In this document: positions 13,001 through 27,000 of the stretch, piece by piece
How the letters are laid out: the number at the start of each line of letters is the position of its first letter
Position numbering within the stretch: the stretch's first letter is position 1
Assembly: GCA_964016885.1 (NCBI GenBank)
Contig: OZ024751.1
Span: 40,548,001-40,612,000 of the forward strand
Direction: 5' to 3'
DNA length: 64,000 nucleotides
DNA from: Eledone cirrhosa
Lineage: Eukaryota
Notes under the pieces: generated by a model
The model's database searches: none
What the model was told of the DNA's origin: nothing
What the model saw: the letters and a program-made list of their open reading frames with translations, nothing else
Position numbers and translations under genes: made by a program

Positions 13001-16000
13001 GTAAGACATTCTTAAAAAATACAGGACAGCACTATGACTGTTCTAAGCCAAAGGCTCATCAGGCTGTTACTTATCCCCAGTTTCCTTGGCATTAAGCTAC
13101 TAAGAGTACAAGACTCTCCCTGGATAGGACACCGGTCTATCACAGGATTAACTCACCAGCTACAGATGGATGGTACTCACTCTCAGCTGAGTGTACTGTC
13201 GTTTCAAGCCTGGAGGCACATCAGGCTGGTGCTTATCCTGGTTTCTGTGATGTGAAGCAACTTGGACAGAAGGCCAGTCCATTGCAGGGTTAAACCCCCA
13301 GCTATAGCTGGTACTTATTTTTAGCTGTTGATGAAGTAGTGGTGTTAGTAGTGGTAGTGTTGATGTAGTAGTGATAGTGTTGGTGTAGTAGTGGTGTTAG
13401 TAGTGGTATGGTTGGTGAAGTAGTGGTGTTAGTAGAGGTAGTGTTGATGTAGCAGTGGTGTTAGTAGTGGTAGTGTACTGCAGCATTGTGAAATGAAGTG
13501 TTTGGCTCAAGTCAAAGAATCAAACCAACAACATTACGATAATACATCAAGCACCCTAACCATTAGGCCATGCATCACATTAAAAATTAAAGTCTTTACT
13601 TTATTTTACTACAAATATTTCCACAACAATCTGTCCAGTAGTAAAGATACCATAAACATTTGAATTAACAAATGTATTTTTAGATATTTACTGCTAAATC
13701 ATTAGAGTGTGTTAAGAGTTAATCAGTGAATGTGTCTCTCAATGATCTAAAGCCATGTTTCTTTCAATTCAGGTAACGGAGTTGAGAAATCTTGATGATG
13801 AAACTGCTAGAATTGTGATGGTTCACATTCAGAAAGGGTTGGATCCACCTTCAAATTTGAGCAGAGATTTTGAAGAATTTCTGAAGCTGGTAAGTTAATT
13901 TTTTGGATTGGCAGTATCAGTAGAGGGTCGGATGCCATGTTTTGCAGCAGAGAGTTACGACCTTTTATGGTTTGAGTTCTAATCCCGCCGAGGTGAACTT
14001 TGCCTTTCATCCTTACGGGGTCGCATCCTTACGGGGTCGATAAAATGAAGTACCAGTAATACACTGGGATAATTGCTGGCCTTGTGCCAAAAGTAGAAAC
14101 AATTATTAAGAGTGGTGAATTGTCAGTATCAGTAGAGTGTCAGACAACGTGCTTTGTGACATAGAGTTCTGAGTTCAAATCCCACCGAGGTTAACTTTGC
14201 CTTTCGTCTTTACAGAGGTCGATGAAATAAAGTACCAGTAACACACTGGAGTCGATTTAATCGACTTTCCCCTCCCCCAGGATTGTTGGTGTTGTACCTG
14301 AATCAGAAACCATTATTTTTATTCAAATTCTAGTGAAAAGTTAGTGCTCGACAGCTGAGCTCATGCTGTTTTCAACAGCAAGTGGATAACTGAATTATTT
14401 GTTCATTTTCAACTATTTCCATACACTGTTTCTTCTGGGGTGGGGAAGACTGGTAATTCCCAATCTCTCCCTCCCCCTCTCTCTCATGATATATGTGTGT
14501 GTATACATACCTGACAGAGCTATAGGTATATATACTTAAATATCTGTATTTCTTTATGTATAATAGTATTTTCATGTTACATAAAATCATATTCACATTC
14601 ATTTTTGTAGCTTGCAGACCTCTATGGAGAAGATAAACTTGGTTTGGAATATGCCTTAGAATATTGGTATCCGGCAGAATCTGTCCAAAGTGAGAGCCAT
14701 TTTGGTGCTAATACCGTACGCCATCGGCCAACTCAACGCCAGGTAATATCTTCTATATAGCCATACTGTATAAATGCAACATCTAGATGTAAACCATCAT
14801 ATATATATATATATATATATATAATCCTTCACTATTATTCTTGTTAATGGTTTCTGTCATTAGACTGAGGCCATTCTGGGACACTGCCTTGAAAGAATTT
14901 AGTCAATGGTATCGACTAAAATCTAAAGTCTGTCTTGAACCCGGAGGCCCATCAGGCCGATGTTTATCTCGGTTTCCAGAGTGTTAAGGGACCGAAAGTA
15001 CAAGACTTCCCATCTTATATTTATAGTAAATGTCTTTTAATTATTTTAGTGACACAATAAAAAGCGCCCAGCCCACACTGTAAACGGGGTTAGTGTTAGG
15101 AAGGGCTGACAGTCATAGAAACCAAGCTAAAATACAGATCTGTATGTGCAAGATGTGGTCTCCAGAGGACCTGATTTGCCTCATAACATAACAACCAATC
15201 TAACCCATGCAAGCCTGGGAAATAGTGCTTCCACGATAATGATGATGATTGTTACCTGAAAACTATTTCTGTACAAATATTTTACTATATACTGTACATC
15301 TGTCTTTTTTTTCCTTTTAGGTTGCTCTCCACAAATTTGTACGATTAGCTGGAGATCTGTTGCCTGCTTCTCTTTATGTTCCTTATATCAAAATGTTAAC
15401 AGGGTTGGCTAACAGCCCACAGTGTGCCTGGCATTGCTATAATCTTTTAAAAATGAACAGTATGAACTCTGGTAAGATTCAGTTGCTTTCTTTTCAAATG
15501 ATATTATTTTATTCAGTGTGAATTACAAATCATTACAAATGATTTACAAGGTTTATAAATGTCTTGCAGTCTTAGAAATATTAGTAAAATTTATTATATA
15601 TACTTTAGATTTATTTCCAACTGTTAATTAGATACGAAATTGTCAACTAAAATATTCTATTTCTGTGTTTCTAGGAGGTTCCACACAAATGGTATCTTGG
15701 GACCACGTGTTTCTGTCTTTAAATCAATATTATGTAAGTCTTCGCAGAGAAGTTCCGTCTCAGCCATTTGGAAGTTACCATTCTCATGGTGGAATCACAC
15801 CTCAGGAACAAGAAGCACTCATTGCTGTTCTACAACTTACCCAACAAATTGCAAACCAGGTAAACAAAAATATATTTTGTTTTATAACACGAATCATTTT
15901 AATCTACCAATTATTTTGGGTTTTTTTTTGGTAGATAGAGAGAGTCCATGGAAACCAAGGCCAATACTTTAGTTGGGTTTTTTTTCATTGACCCTTTCTA

Positions 16001-16986
16001 TACATACCTATGTTGTTATTGTTGTTTTATTATTATTCTTTATATATTTTTCAGAACAAAGAGAGCCGTATAGCAATATATGAGAACCAGCAATGGATGG
16101 CAGTAACAGTTTTATTTGGGTTGGCAAGCTGTAGTATCCCCATAGGCTTAAAAGCTGAAGTGTTGCTCACTTTAACAGCTTTGGCTAAAAGTCCAGAAAT
16201 AGCAGGAACTGTTTGGCAGGGTTTAGAATCTTCTCAGGTAACCACAAACAACACATCATTCTCTTTCTCTCATTTCATTCCTGAATTTTCTCAGGTCAGC
16301 TCTCTTTTCTTACTTCATGAGGTGCTGCAGCCTTCTTATACATCATCATCATCATCAAAGTTTTACATCAAGTTTCCATGCTGGCATTGGTTGGACAACT
16401 TGTCATGTTCTAAGACCAGACTGACCAGATAACCACATCTTGTTCACATGTTTCATTTTGGTACAGCTTCATAGCACTATATACAACTTGTCAAATTGAC
16501 ACATAGCACTATATGCAACTTGTCAAATTGACACATAGCACTATATACAACTTGTCAAATTGACGCATAGCACCATTATCATCATCAGTATAATCTAAAA
16601 TGTCCTGTTATGTCTGTTTCAGATTGTCAGCACCTTTAGTAGCACTAGCCAACACCATCAATTTGGAGGTATACAGGTAAGAATATGTTTCAATATCCTT
16701 GCATCAGGGCAGTGTATTTGGTAGTTGTCGGTGGAGCGTCGGACAACACGTTTTGTGGCATAGGTTTATGTCTGTTTACGTTCTGAGTTAAAATCCTGCT
16801 GAGGTTAGCTTTGCTGTTCATCCTTACAGAGTTGATAAAATAAAGTACCAGTAACATACTAGGGTTGATTTAATCAACTTTCCTCTCCCCTACAAAATTA
16901 TTAGACAGGGTTTCTGTTGCTTTTCTTTCTTATAATAAACTTTATATTCTCACAGCAAGACAATGTATGTTTATTATGCACTAAAC

Positions 16987-17021
<35 letters not shown>

Positions 17022-18070
17022 GGGTGTCCCAAAAAATGTATACACACTTCAACAGCATTCTAGTCAATATTGCCTGTACAGGTAATCAAAGTGTGTATAC
17101 ATTATTTTTTTTGGAAGGGGGACCCTGTATACATATATGTTCATATATACGACTTCATTCTGAATCACGCTGTGATAGTGTTGTTAACTTAAATGTTAGC
17201 TTACTGAGGTTTATAGTTTTTATATTGTATGTCTTTTTTATCTATTTTTTACTTTATTGTTATTGTTTTTTTCTTGTGTCTTGTAGATTGAATTAGAAGA
17301 AGTTGAAAGCCGAAATGAGGAATATATTTTAACAAGGGCCTTTCTTAGCCTGATCAGTACCTTAATTGATCATTCCATTCCAGCAGGTTTAGGGGCTGGT
17401 CATAGGAACCCTGGTTTCCAACCTTATTTGGATTTTATTATTGATGGAATCTTTCTCAAATGTTTTTCAAGGGCCTACAAAAAACCTACAGAAAAGGTAA
17501 TATTTTTTTTCTTCTATTTAAAATGGAATCTTGGTGTTTAGGAGGTTAGTTGTTCCAGTGGCTCACACTTTTGTAATTTTAGCCAGCCTCTTAGGAGGTT
17601 TCTAGACAATTTTAATGATAGGAGCTCCAATTCTGTCATATACACACATATATATATATGTTGTTACAGTTCACATCTATGTAGGTTTAGCTGACCTCCT
17701 ATGAGGTTGTATCTCAAAGGAGGTTTTTTTTTTGGCTGTTTTAATGATAGGGGCTCCAGTTCTATTATTGTGAGCTGAGGTTGCTGGATTACTAAACCAT
17801 TATGTAGTGGATTAAAACATTATTTAAAGCTGATTTTCCCTAAACTTTGACACCTGTCAGAAAACTGATTATAATTGACACCTGTCAGAAAGCTAATTAT
17901 AATTGACAGTTTCGTTAATTATTTTAAAGTATTTTCTCTAAATATCCGTGTTGGGTGTTTTAAATTATTATTTTTTTTTTTTTTAAATTTGATTGACAAG
18001 ATCTCAGACCTCATTTGCTTACTGAATGAGATGGAACTCATCAAATTATAAAATAATAATTTTTAATCAT

Positions 18071-18102
<32 letters not shown>

Positions 18103-21100
18103 GCGTCTGCTTTCGCTGCTTGCAAGGGTGGGACTTTGTTGTTGTGTGATTGCTTGATGACGGTCGGGGGGTTCTCGCACATGGCCACCCCACTACCGTG
18201 TGCAGCCCTAACATGGTTAGTGTTATTGCTGTTTACGCTGTTATTGTTGGCTATTAAATTATTCTTTCGTCTGAATATTTCTGTTATTTTAGATTAATTA
18301 TTTCCTGTCTTTTGTTTTATTTCCAGTGGGATGTTGCTATCGGAGTCGTGGAAATTCTCTACAAGATTTTATGTGAACATAAAATCCAACCAGAACACTT
18401 TGTTGGTGACTCTCAGATTAGTCATGGAGAAAATATGGTCATGTTGAACAAATTACCTGGACATGTCTTGTTGATTCTCATGCTGAATGATTCAGGATTA
18501 CTACAAATGGTACGTAAAATTGTCCTGGGGTAGGGTTAACATTGATATTGTCTTGGATTGTTAAGTTTTATTTCACAACAAATGTAAATATAATGTGATT
18601 TTAGATATATTGATATGATAAAGTTATATCTGTATAAATACAGAGTGTAACTAAGACTGCAACAATGCATATATAAATATACACATTTTAAAAGATATGT
18701 AGACATACATACAAAGTTCATAGGCTGACCAAGATATTCTCATGGAATGACCAAATAAGATTTATTTTTCAACGTAGACCCTAGAGAGAAACAATGCAGT
18801 TATTAATAAGAAAATTTGAAATTAATACATGCAAGATTTCAAAGCTCTAGCATCACTCCTTCATAGTCAGCTTATGATCTTTTCAGCCAACCCTAGTATA
18901 TTATCTCTATATAATATATTTTTGATATCTTTTACAGATTCTCAAGATCTTGAATGATTCCTTAGTACAGTTTGCTACATATGTCGACTTTCCTGGTCAG
19001 TTTCTTTATTTGTATTGTTTTTAATTATTTATAAATGTTGTTAGTTGACTAGAGCCAACTGTTTCATATGCTGGTCTCTGTTTAGCTAAAAGTGACCTCT
19101 ACACACACAAGACTTCCACACACACAAAACTTCTACACACAAGACTTCCACACACACAAGACTTCTACACACAAAACTTCTACACACAAGACTTCTACAC
19201 ACAAGACTTCCACACACACAAGACTTCTACACACAAAACTTCTACACACAAGACTTCCACACACACAAGACTTCTACACACAAAACTTCTACACACAAGA
19301 CTTCAAAGCACACAAAACTTCTACACATCAAGACTTTAACACACAAAACTTCTACACATCAAAACTTTAACACACAAAACCTCATACAAAAAACTTTAAC
19401 ACACAAGGGTTCAAAACATATTGTGACTTTAACACAAAAAATATCAACACACAAGACTTCAAAACTTGAACACACTGGAGTTTAACTCACAGGAGTTTAA
19501 CTCACAGGACTTCAACACAAAACTTCAACACATCACGACTTTACTCATGTTTATCAATCAGCAGCGATGTCTTCTATAAAGTGATGTGAAATGGTGTTGA
19601 TGTTATTTTGGAAGATACCCCAGGGCTGAATACACTAAAATTTGACATAAAACATAACATAGGATTGTGTTTAACCACTTTCTCACTTAGTATTTTCATA
19701 TAAATAATATTTTTCTCTGTAATTCTAGGTCGAGCGTCTCTTGAGAAAGCCTGTCTCTTTTGTCTACGAATGATTGAAATTACTCTGGAGAAAGAAGATG
19801 CCTTTTTGGCAGCAATTCGTGAATCTGGGTCGTCAATTGTTGTGGTCTGTTTGGACAGATTGATGCGGAGTGTGAACCCAGCCACAGGAAAACCTGACCA
19901 TTTTGTTAATTTTGCCAAGTAAGCTAACATTTTGTCTTTCATGTTTCATTGTCATCAATATCATATTGTGTCACTTTATTTGGTTGATGGAAACTATGCA
20001 CAAGCCCTTCATACATATGTCTGTGTGTTTGTGTTTATGTCCTGTAACCTATCAGATTAATAAAATAAGTACTGGGATGAATCTCTTCCAAGTGGTGCCC
20101 CAGCATGGTCACAATCTGACTGAAACCAGTAAAAGAATATAAGAATACCATACTCTAGAAACCAACAATAAATTTAAAAATGAAAGCTAATATATATATA
20201 TATATAAAACTCTACAAAATATTATGTTGATTTTATTTTTTATTTTAAGGTTTGTCATTTACAACAACCAATTATATGAACATGCCTTATCAGCCATAAA
20301 GATCCTCTTCTTGGTGTGTCGTTCAACTTCTGTTCAGTCTGATCTTGTAGCTATGTTCACTGAAAATGAGGTAATCAATAATTGATCTTCTATCTTTCAC
20401 TATTGATGATGGTAAACAGTTTGTATTGATTAGTAGGTCTGGTGGGGTGGAGCAACAATTGCTGTGGTTATAAACCTTTATAAACTCTGGGAGTGAAGGC
20501 ATGCCCTGTAAGACTGGCAAATGAAGCTTTGCTCATTTAGAACTACAATATACTCTAATTAGACCCAGAATTTTTATAGATAATTCATCTCCAATTATAT
20601 CCCAGTTTGCTGTGATTTATTGTAAAACATTTCTTCAAAAGGGACCCCATAATGAGTATGAACCCTATTGTGGGACCCCACGTGGCTAACCCCTGTTTTA
20701 CCAGGGAAAATAGCCTTAAAATTGTTGTTGTTACATTGTATAATTTTACATTTTAAAATGAAATCTTTTGTTCTTTATTTTAAACACCAGATCATTCAAA
20801 GAGAAATACTTCAAGGATTTGTGGAATGTATGGAGAATGAAGAAGAAGAAGTTGCCACCACAGAAGGCCAGAGTAAGGGTTTAAATTCTGTTGATATTTG
20901 ATTTAATGTTATTGGCAGATTTGTTATGTGTTGGAATAAATGGCACAGTATTTGTTCCAACAATCTGGGCTTTTGAGTTCAAATCCTGTTGGGGTCAACT
21001 CTGCTTTTTATCCATTCAGGGTTGACAAAGAACCGGCCCATGGAGTCATGGATTAAGGGATGCTTTGTGTTATATATTCCAACACTGTGTTCTGGGTTCC

Positions 21101-22326
21101 AATCCCACCTCCTGTCACCAGAAAAGTGGTGAAACTTCTACCAACTGTTGTGACCAGTAGATAGTTATCAACAATGGAAAGATAAATGGGAACATTGTTC
21201 CCTTAGTCTGATCTGACAGTCGACATCTTTTCTTTCCTTTGATAATATCTAGAACTATCCAGTCCACACTGCAAGGTGGTAGTACTGGAGTCATGATAAA
21301 ATGTTCCCAGTACATGCTATAAAATGGTTAGCATTAGAAACGAAGCCAAAAACTCAGTGTACAAGCAAGATGTGGTCACTTGACTGGTCTAATCTCTGTA
21401 AGCATGGAAAATACACATTAAACAGCAATGATTTAAACGACTTTGATTTCCTTTCACAACATTTTTATTTCAGAGTTTCTCAATATGTTAGGAATTCGTA
21501 ACACGATGCGCAAACATTTGATGCAACTGCTGATTAACTCCTTAGACTATCCTGCACCAAATGTTGCCCTCTTCCTCCTGGGGTTTGAACTCAGGAAGCC
21601 AGTTGAGAAAACCAACCTTCAGGATCCTGGTAAGTACCACTTCTAAGTCTGTGATGTTATTTTCTAATTGTTATTTCTACTTACAGCAGAGCATGAAATA
21701 CCTGTATACTGTCATTGCATTGAGTTACGTTCTTGTTTCACACTAAAACCCTTTTAATATCTAACCACACCATCTACCATTGGGGTGTCCTTGGTTTCTT
21801 ATACCAGATATTATAGCCTTTAGACAAATATTTGAGCATTTAATGTAATCATATAATATATATTGCTTGTTATTCCTATAACAAGATAAAAATTCCTTCG
21901 TTGTTCTTCTGTACACTGAGACAAACTGAATTGAATACATTTAAAACTGATGGTTCCTGTCTTATATTCCTAATTATTTCTATGAACTTGTGTTCCTAAT
22001 TAATTCCAGGTGTTCTCGGATGTCCTCGTACCTGTCTGCATTCCTTGATAACTATTCTGAGTCGAGGTGTTGGCAGCCGTACAGGACCTCGTTGTCTAAC
22101 ATCAACCCCTCAACTTGCTGAGTTAGCCTACCACCTCCTCTACGTCCTCTGTGCCCACAAGGAGACCTCCCCACCAACAATGCGTTACCTCAGAACCGTT
22201 CATGATTTCTTCTACCGACAACTGAAACATCTTCCATTTATTGGTGAATCTATTAGTAAGACATTTTTCTTTTCACTTTCTTCTGGTTGCTTGTGTGTGT
22301 CTGTCTGTTTCATATCCTGAATGGTG

Positions 22327-22370
<44 letters not shown>

Positions 22371-24008
22371 TCATTATTTTACATCATGTGTGTGGAATAT
22401 ATATATATATGTCTGTAAGGTGGCCGTGTAGGTGAAAAGGCTCCCAGTCCACACTGTAAATGTGGTTGGTGTTAGGAAGGGCATCCAGCTGTAAAAATAA
22501 CCTGCCAGAGATGCTGCCGTGTGAGCGAGACATGGTCTCCCGACCATTCCCGCATCAAATGGAACAAAACCGTCTAACCCATGCTAGCGTGGAAGATGGA
22601 CATTAAATGATGATGATGATGATATATATATATATAAAATAAAAAATGATAAAAACAGAAATACAAAAATAATTAGTGTTATTAGTTTCATGCTTTGGAT
22701 GAAAAAGAAAAAAGGAGTTCAACGTATTGGACATCAGTCCTTTATTAGAACAGACAATTAGATATATTAGAAAAAAAAAGGGAACATGTGAGTATGTGTG
22801 TATATGTATGTCTATATATATTTATTTTCTCTATGTAGAAAACCCTTTAATGAACCAGCAGTCTTGGTTGTTGAAAGCTATGGCTCTTGAACTGCGTCTG
22901 ACTTCACTCAACAGACATCGCTCCCACACTCAACGTTTAATGAAGTTACTTCTAGAAGATGTTGATGTTGACCAGATTCCAGGTAAACATTTTAATATAA
23001 TTCATTCAGACTTTAGACTTGCAAGAACCCCTCAATTGTCATCGAGTGGTTGCACAACCACTTTTCCACTTTGCTTCATTCTCTTTTAACTCTTTAGCAT
23101 TTAAACTGGCCATATCTGGCCAGAATTCTCTCACCTCTTTCTGTTCAAACCAGCTGTAACCAGCCACTCATACTTATGTTAAGGTATTGTTCTCAAAATA
23201 AATAATATCAAAATCTCATAGATTCGATATTATGTGAGGTAAAGCCTTTACCGTGAAAATACAATAATATATATAGAGTAATGTGAATGCTAAAGGGTTA
23301 AAGTGATTTTTTTTTTACTGTTTCATATTCTTAAATTGATTTCTATAAATTATTTGACTATTTATTAAATATTTCATATTTTTAAAGTGATTTCTCTAAA
23401 GAACATCTCTTATTCTACTTCATCTGTGTTATTCTAGTGAGCCAGGCATATGGACCAGAGGAGAATGACTACAGCATCTATGGTGGAGGTAGAGAAGCAT
23501 CGATATCCCAATACCCAGCAGTTCCTTCAAGTCGGTTAATGACTGGTATGTAGCAGGTCTTCTTTGACAATTTCTTGAAATTGTTATCATCGAACATCTG
23601 CCTTCCCTGCTAGCAAGGGTTAGACAGGTCTACACAGACCAAGTCAGTACTGAAGTTAAGTCACTGATCTTCCAGATAGGCCAGGGATCTGTGTTATACT
23701 TATGTTATATTTAGATAAAATTCAATTCAAAGTGACACAAACTCCCTACAGCTGGCTGCCCTTCTTAACACCAACTACTTTACAGAGTGTACTGGGTGCT
23801 TTTATTGTGTAGATCAGTGGCACTAGAGAGGCTGTCATATCCTTGACACAATTAAAGGGTTCCCCCAACCCTTTATCTGGCAAGGTTTCTATGAGTAGAT
23901 GCCCTTCACTCCACTTTACAATAGGGAAAATTGGAGTTAAAAGATGTTCCCATAACTTTAATTCTAATAGGTACTTTCATAATTTAACATCCATTTTCCT
24001 TGCTAGCA

Positions 24009-24053
<45 letters not shown>

Positions 24054-27000
24054 TCATCATCATCATCGTTTAATATCTATTTTCCACACTGGGTTTAGAC
24101 GGGAATTGTCCCACTTATGGCAAGATTGGTCGGGTGACCGTGTCTCGCTCGTATAGGACTGTCTGGCAGGTTTCCTACGGCTAGATGCCCTTCCTAACAC
24201 CAACCACGTTTACAGTGTGGACTGGGCAGTTTTTATCGTGTTACCTACACGGCCACATTACAGCATGGACTGTGTGTTTTTTTTTGTCGAGACACCTACA
24301 TGACCTAATTTATTTTGGACTGGATGTTGTGGTACCAACATAACTTTACAGAGAAAGGGGTGTGTTGGTGGAAGTGGGAGGGTGGAGTAGGGGTAGTGGG
24401 TTGGGGTGTATATTTGGTTAAGAGGTGCCTACTTTATTTATTTATTTCCTTTTCCAGGAACTCAGACCAGACGCAAGATTCTCCGTATTCTAGATTCCTT
24501 GGACTTCACTGAGGAATGTCCTCAGCGCCGCCCACTGGAATTTTTTGAAGAAAATTTAATTGAAGATGTGATAAAATCTTGTTGTAAACGACCTAAAAAT
24601 GGGCCTGCAATATGTGATGTTAAGGCCCTACGTCGAGTTCTTATTGCTGAACTGAGTAACTTACAGGGTACAACACTGGCTGGACAGAGAGCATTGATTT
24701 TAAGGGTCAGTAGCTGTTTCTTAGATCAGTCATAACACTGGCTGTATTTACTGTCCAGGCGTGTGTATATACTTGTGTATATACTTGCATATATGTATGT
24801 ATTCATGGATGCATGTGTGTGTATATATACTTGTGTATAAGTATGTATTCATAGATGTGTGTATGTACTTGCATACATGTCTGTATTCATGGGTGTGTGT
24901 GTATATATCCATATATGTATATATTCATGGATGTGTGTATGAATACATCCATATATGTATGTTCTCATAGATGTGTATGCGTGTGTATATACCCGCATAT
25001 ATGTATGTATTCATAGATGTGTATGTGAATACTTGCATATATATATGTATTCATGGATATGTGTGTGTGTATACTTGCATATATGAATGCATTCATGGAT
25101 GTGCGTGTGTGTGTATATCCATATATCATCATCACCGTTTTACGTCTGTTCTACCACGCTAGCATGGGTTAGACGGGTTGTCCTGTTGTGGGCAGTGTCA
25201 GGTCAGGTGACCTTGTCTTGCTCATACAGGAACTGATTCTGGCTTGATTTCTACAGCTGGATGCCCTTCCTAACACCAAACTCATTTACAGTGAGTGCTG
25301 GGTGCCTTTTTTCCGTGGCACTTACACGACCACTTTACAGTGTGAGGGTGTGGAGGCATATTGTCTATATGCTTCAGCTTCGGCTTGTAGTGTGTGTATA
25401 TACTTGCATATGTGTATTCATGGATGTGTGTGTGTGTATACTTGCATATATGAATGCATGTGTGTATGTGTATATATCTATATATGTGTGTATATATACT
25501 TGCATATGTGTATGTATTCAATTATTTATTTTGCAGGAAGTTGAGATAATCTTGGAGCAGGTTGTCTCTGGAAATGTCATCTATCAGAGTCTCTACTCTA
25601 AATATGTAGCTTTTGAGGCATGGCGCCAGGTAACGGAAGTTTTGGTAACTGCCTGTACACCAGAATTACTGGACAAAGAGAGTCAACACACTCTACTTTT
25701 TGAGTTGTTACAAGATCTTCTTATTAAGGTAAAGCAAGACATTATTTGATCTTATTCTCCTTGTTACAGTAGTTGTTGTTTTACATTACTGCACTCATTG
25801 ACATCATTTCACTCTTTAACCCATGATGATGATATTAGGTAAGATTTTGTGGCGGGGTAACATATTAACCCTTTAGCATTTACATTACTCTATATATACT
25901 ATTGTATTTTCACGGTAAAGGCTTTACCTCACATAATATCGAATCTATGAGATTTTGATATTATTTATTTAGAGAACAATACCTTAACATCAGTATGAGT
26001 GGCCAGTTACAGCCAGTTTGAACAGAAAGAGGTGAGAAAATTCTGACCGGATACAGCTGGTTTAAATATTGGTTTGGTCTGATTTCTATTAATAATTCAG
26101 TGATGATATACAACTACCTTTGCTACTGTTTCTCTTCACAGGTAGCACATAACGATGCATTGCAAGAACTGACTGCACCTGTTGCAGGTGTTATCCTCGT
26201 AGTAATGGCCAATTTAAGGAGGTGCTTTTCAGCGTCTGAATCCATCACTAGTCCTGAAGAACTTCAACAGAATCATTCTCAAACATCTTCATCAAAGATC
26301 GGCACCAGAACTTTATTTGCCACTTCATTACACATTGTTTTGAAGGGTCTTCTTGACTACATACAGAAGTCTTGTAAGTTTACAGGAGTTTCTTTTCATT
26401 TAGCATTCATTTTTCCACTCTAGCATGGGTCAGACAAGTTGTCCTGTTGTGAGACAACTCAGATCAGATGACTGTCTTGCTCATAGTCAGTTTATTTATG
26501 AAGCCTTTATTATTATTATTGTTATTATTATTATTTGTTTGCTTTGTTTTCTTCCAGGTGGGAGCCAACAGAAAGTGAGGACCTATTTATATGGTTCCCT
26601 TCTCTATTATCTTCAGATTGCACAGAAACCTACCCTGCCTAGTTGGGTTTCTTCAGGTTAGTTGAAGATTTTCTGTTCTTACTCTGATAGTTTCCATGTG
26701 TATCTCGTTTAGAATAGGTACACTATACCCCTGTGTGTATCTCGTTTAGAATAATAGTATCCCTGTGTATCTGATTTAGAATAGGTACACTATACCCCTG
26801 TGTGTATCTGATTTAGAATAGGTACACTATACCCCTGTGTATCTGATTTAGAATAGGTATACTGTATCCCTGTGTGTATCTGACTTAGAATAGGTACATT
26901 ATATCACTGTGTGGGAGGCACATGGCTTAGTGGTTAGAGCATTGGCTTTGCAATCGAAAGGTTGTGAGTTCAATTCTCAGACCGGGTGATGTGTTGTTTC

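Noticed and set aside
19092-19370. His/Thr-rich ORF
   Set aside because: Translation of a 15/17-bp minisatellite.
26914-26985. tRNA-like sequence with A and B boxes (also 27986, 30040, about 42840)
   Set aside because: These are SINE heads that continue into core and tail sequence, with no complete cloverleaf.
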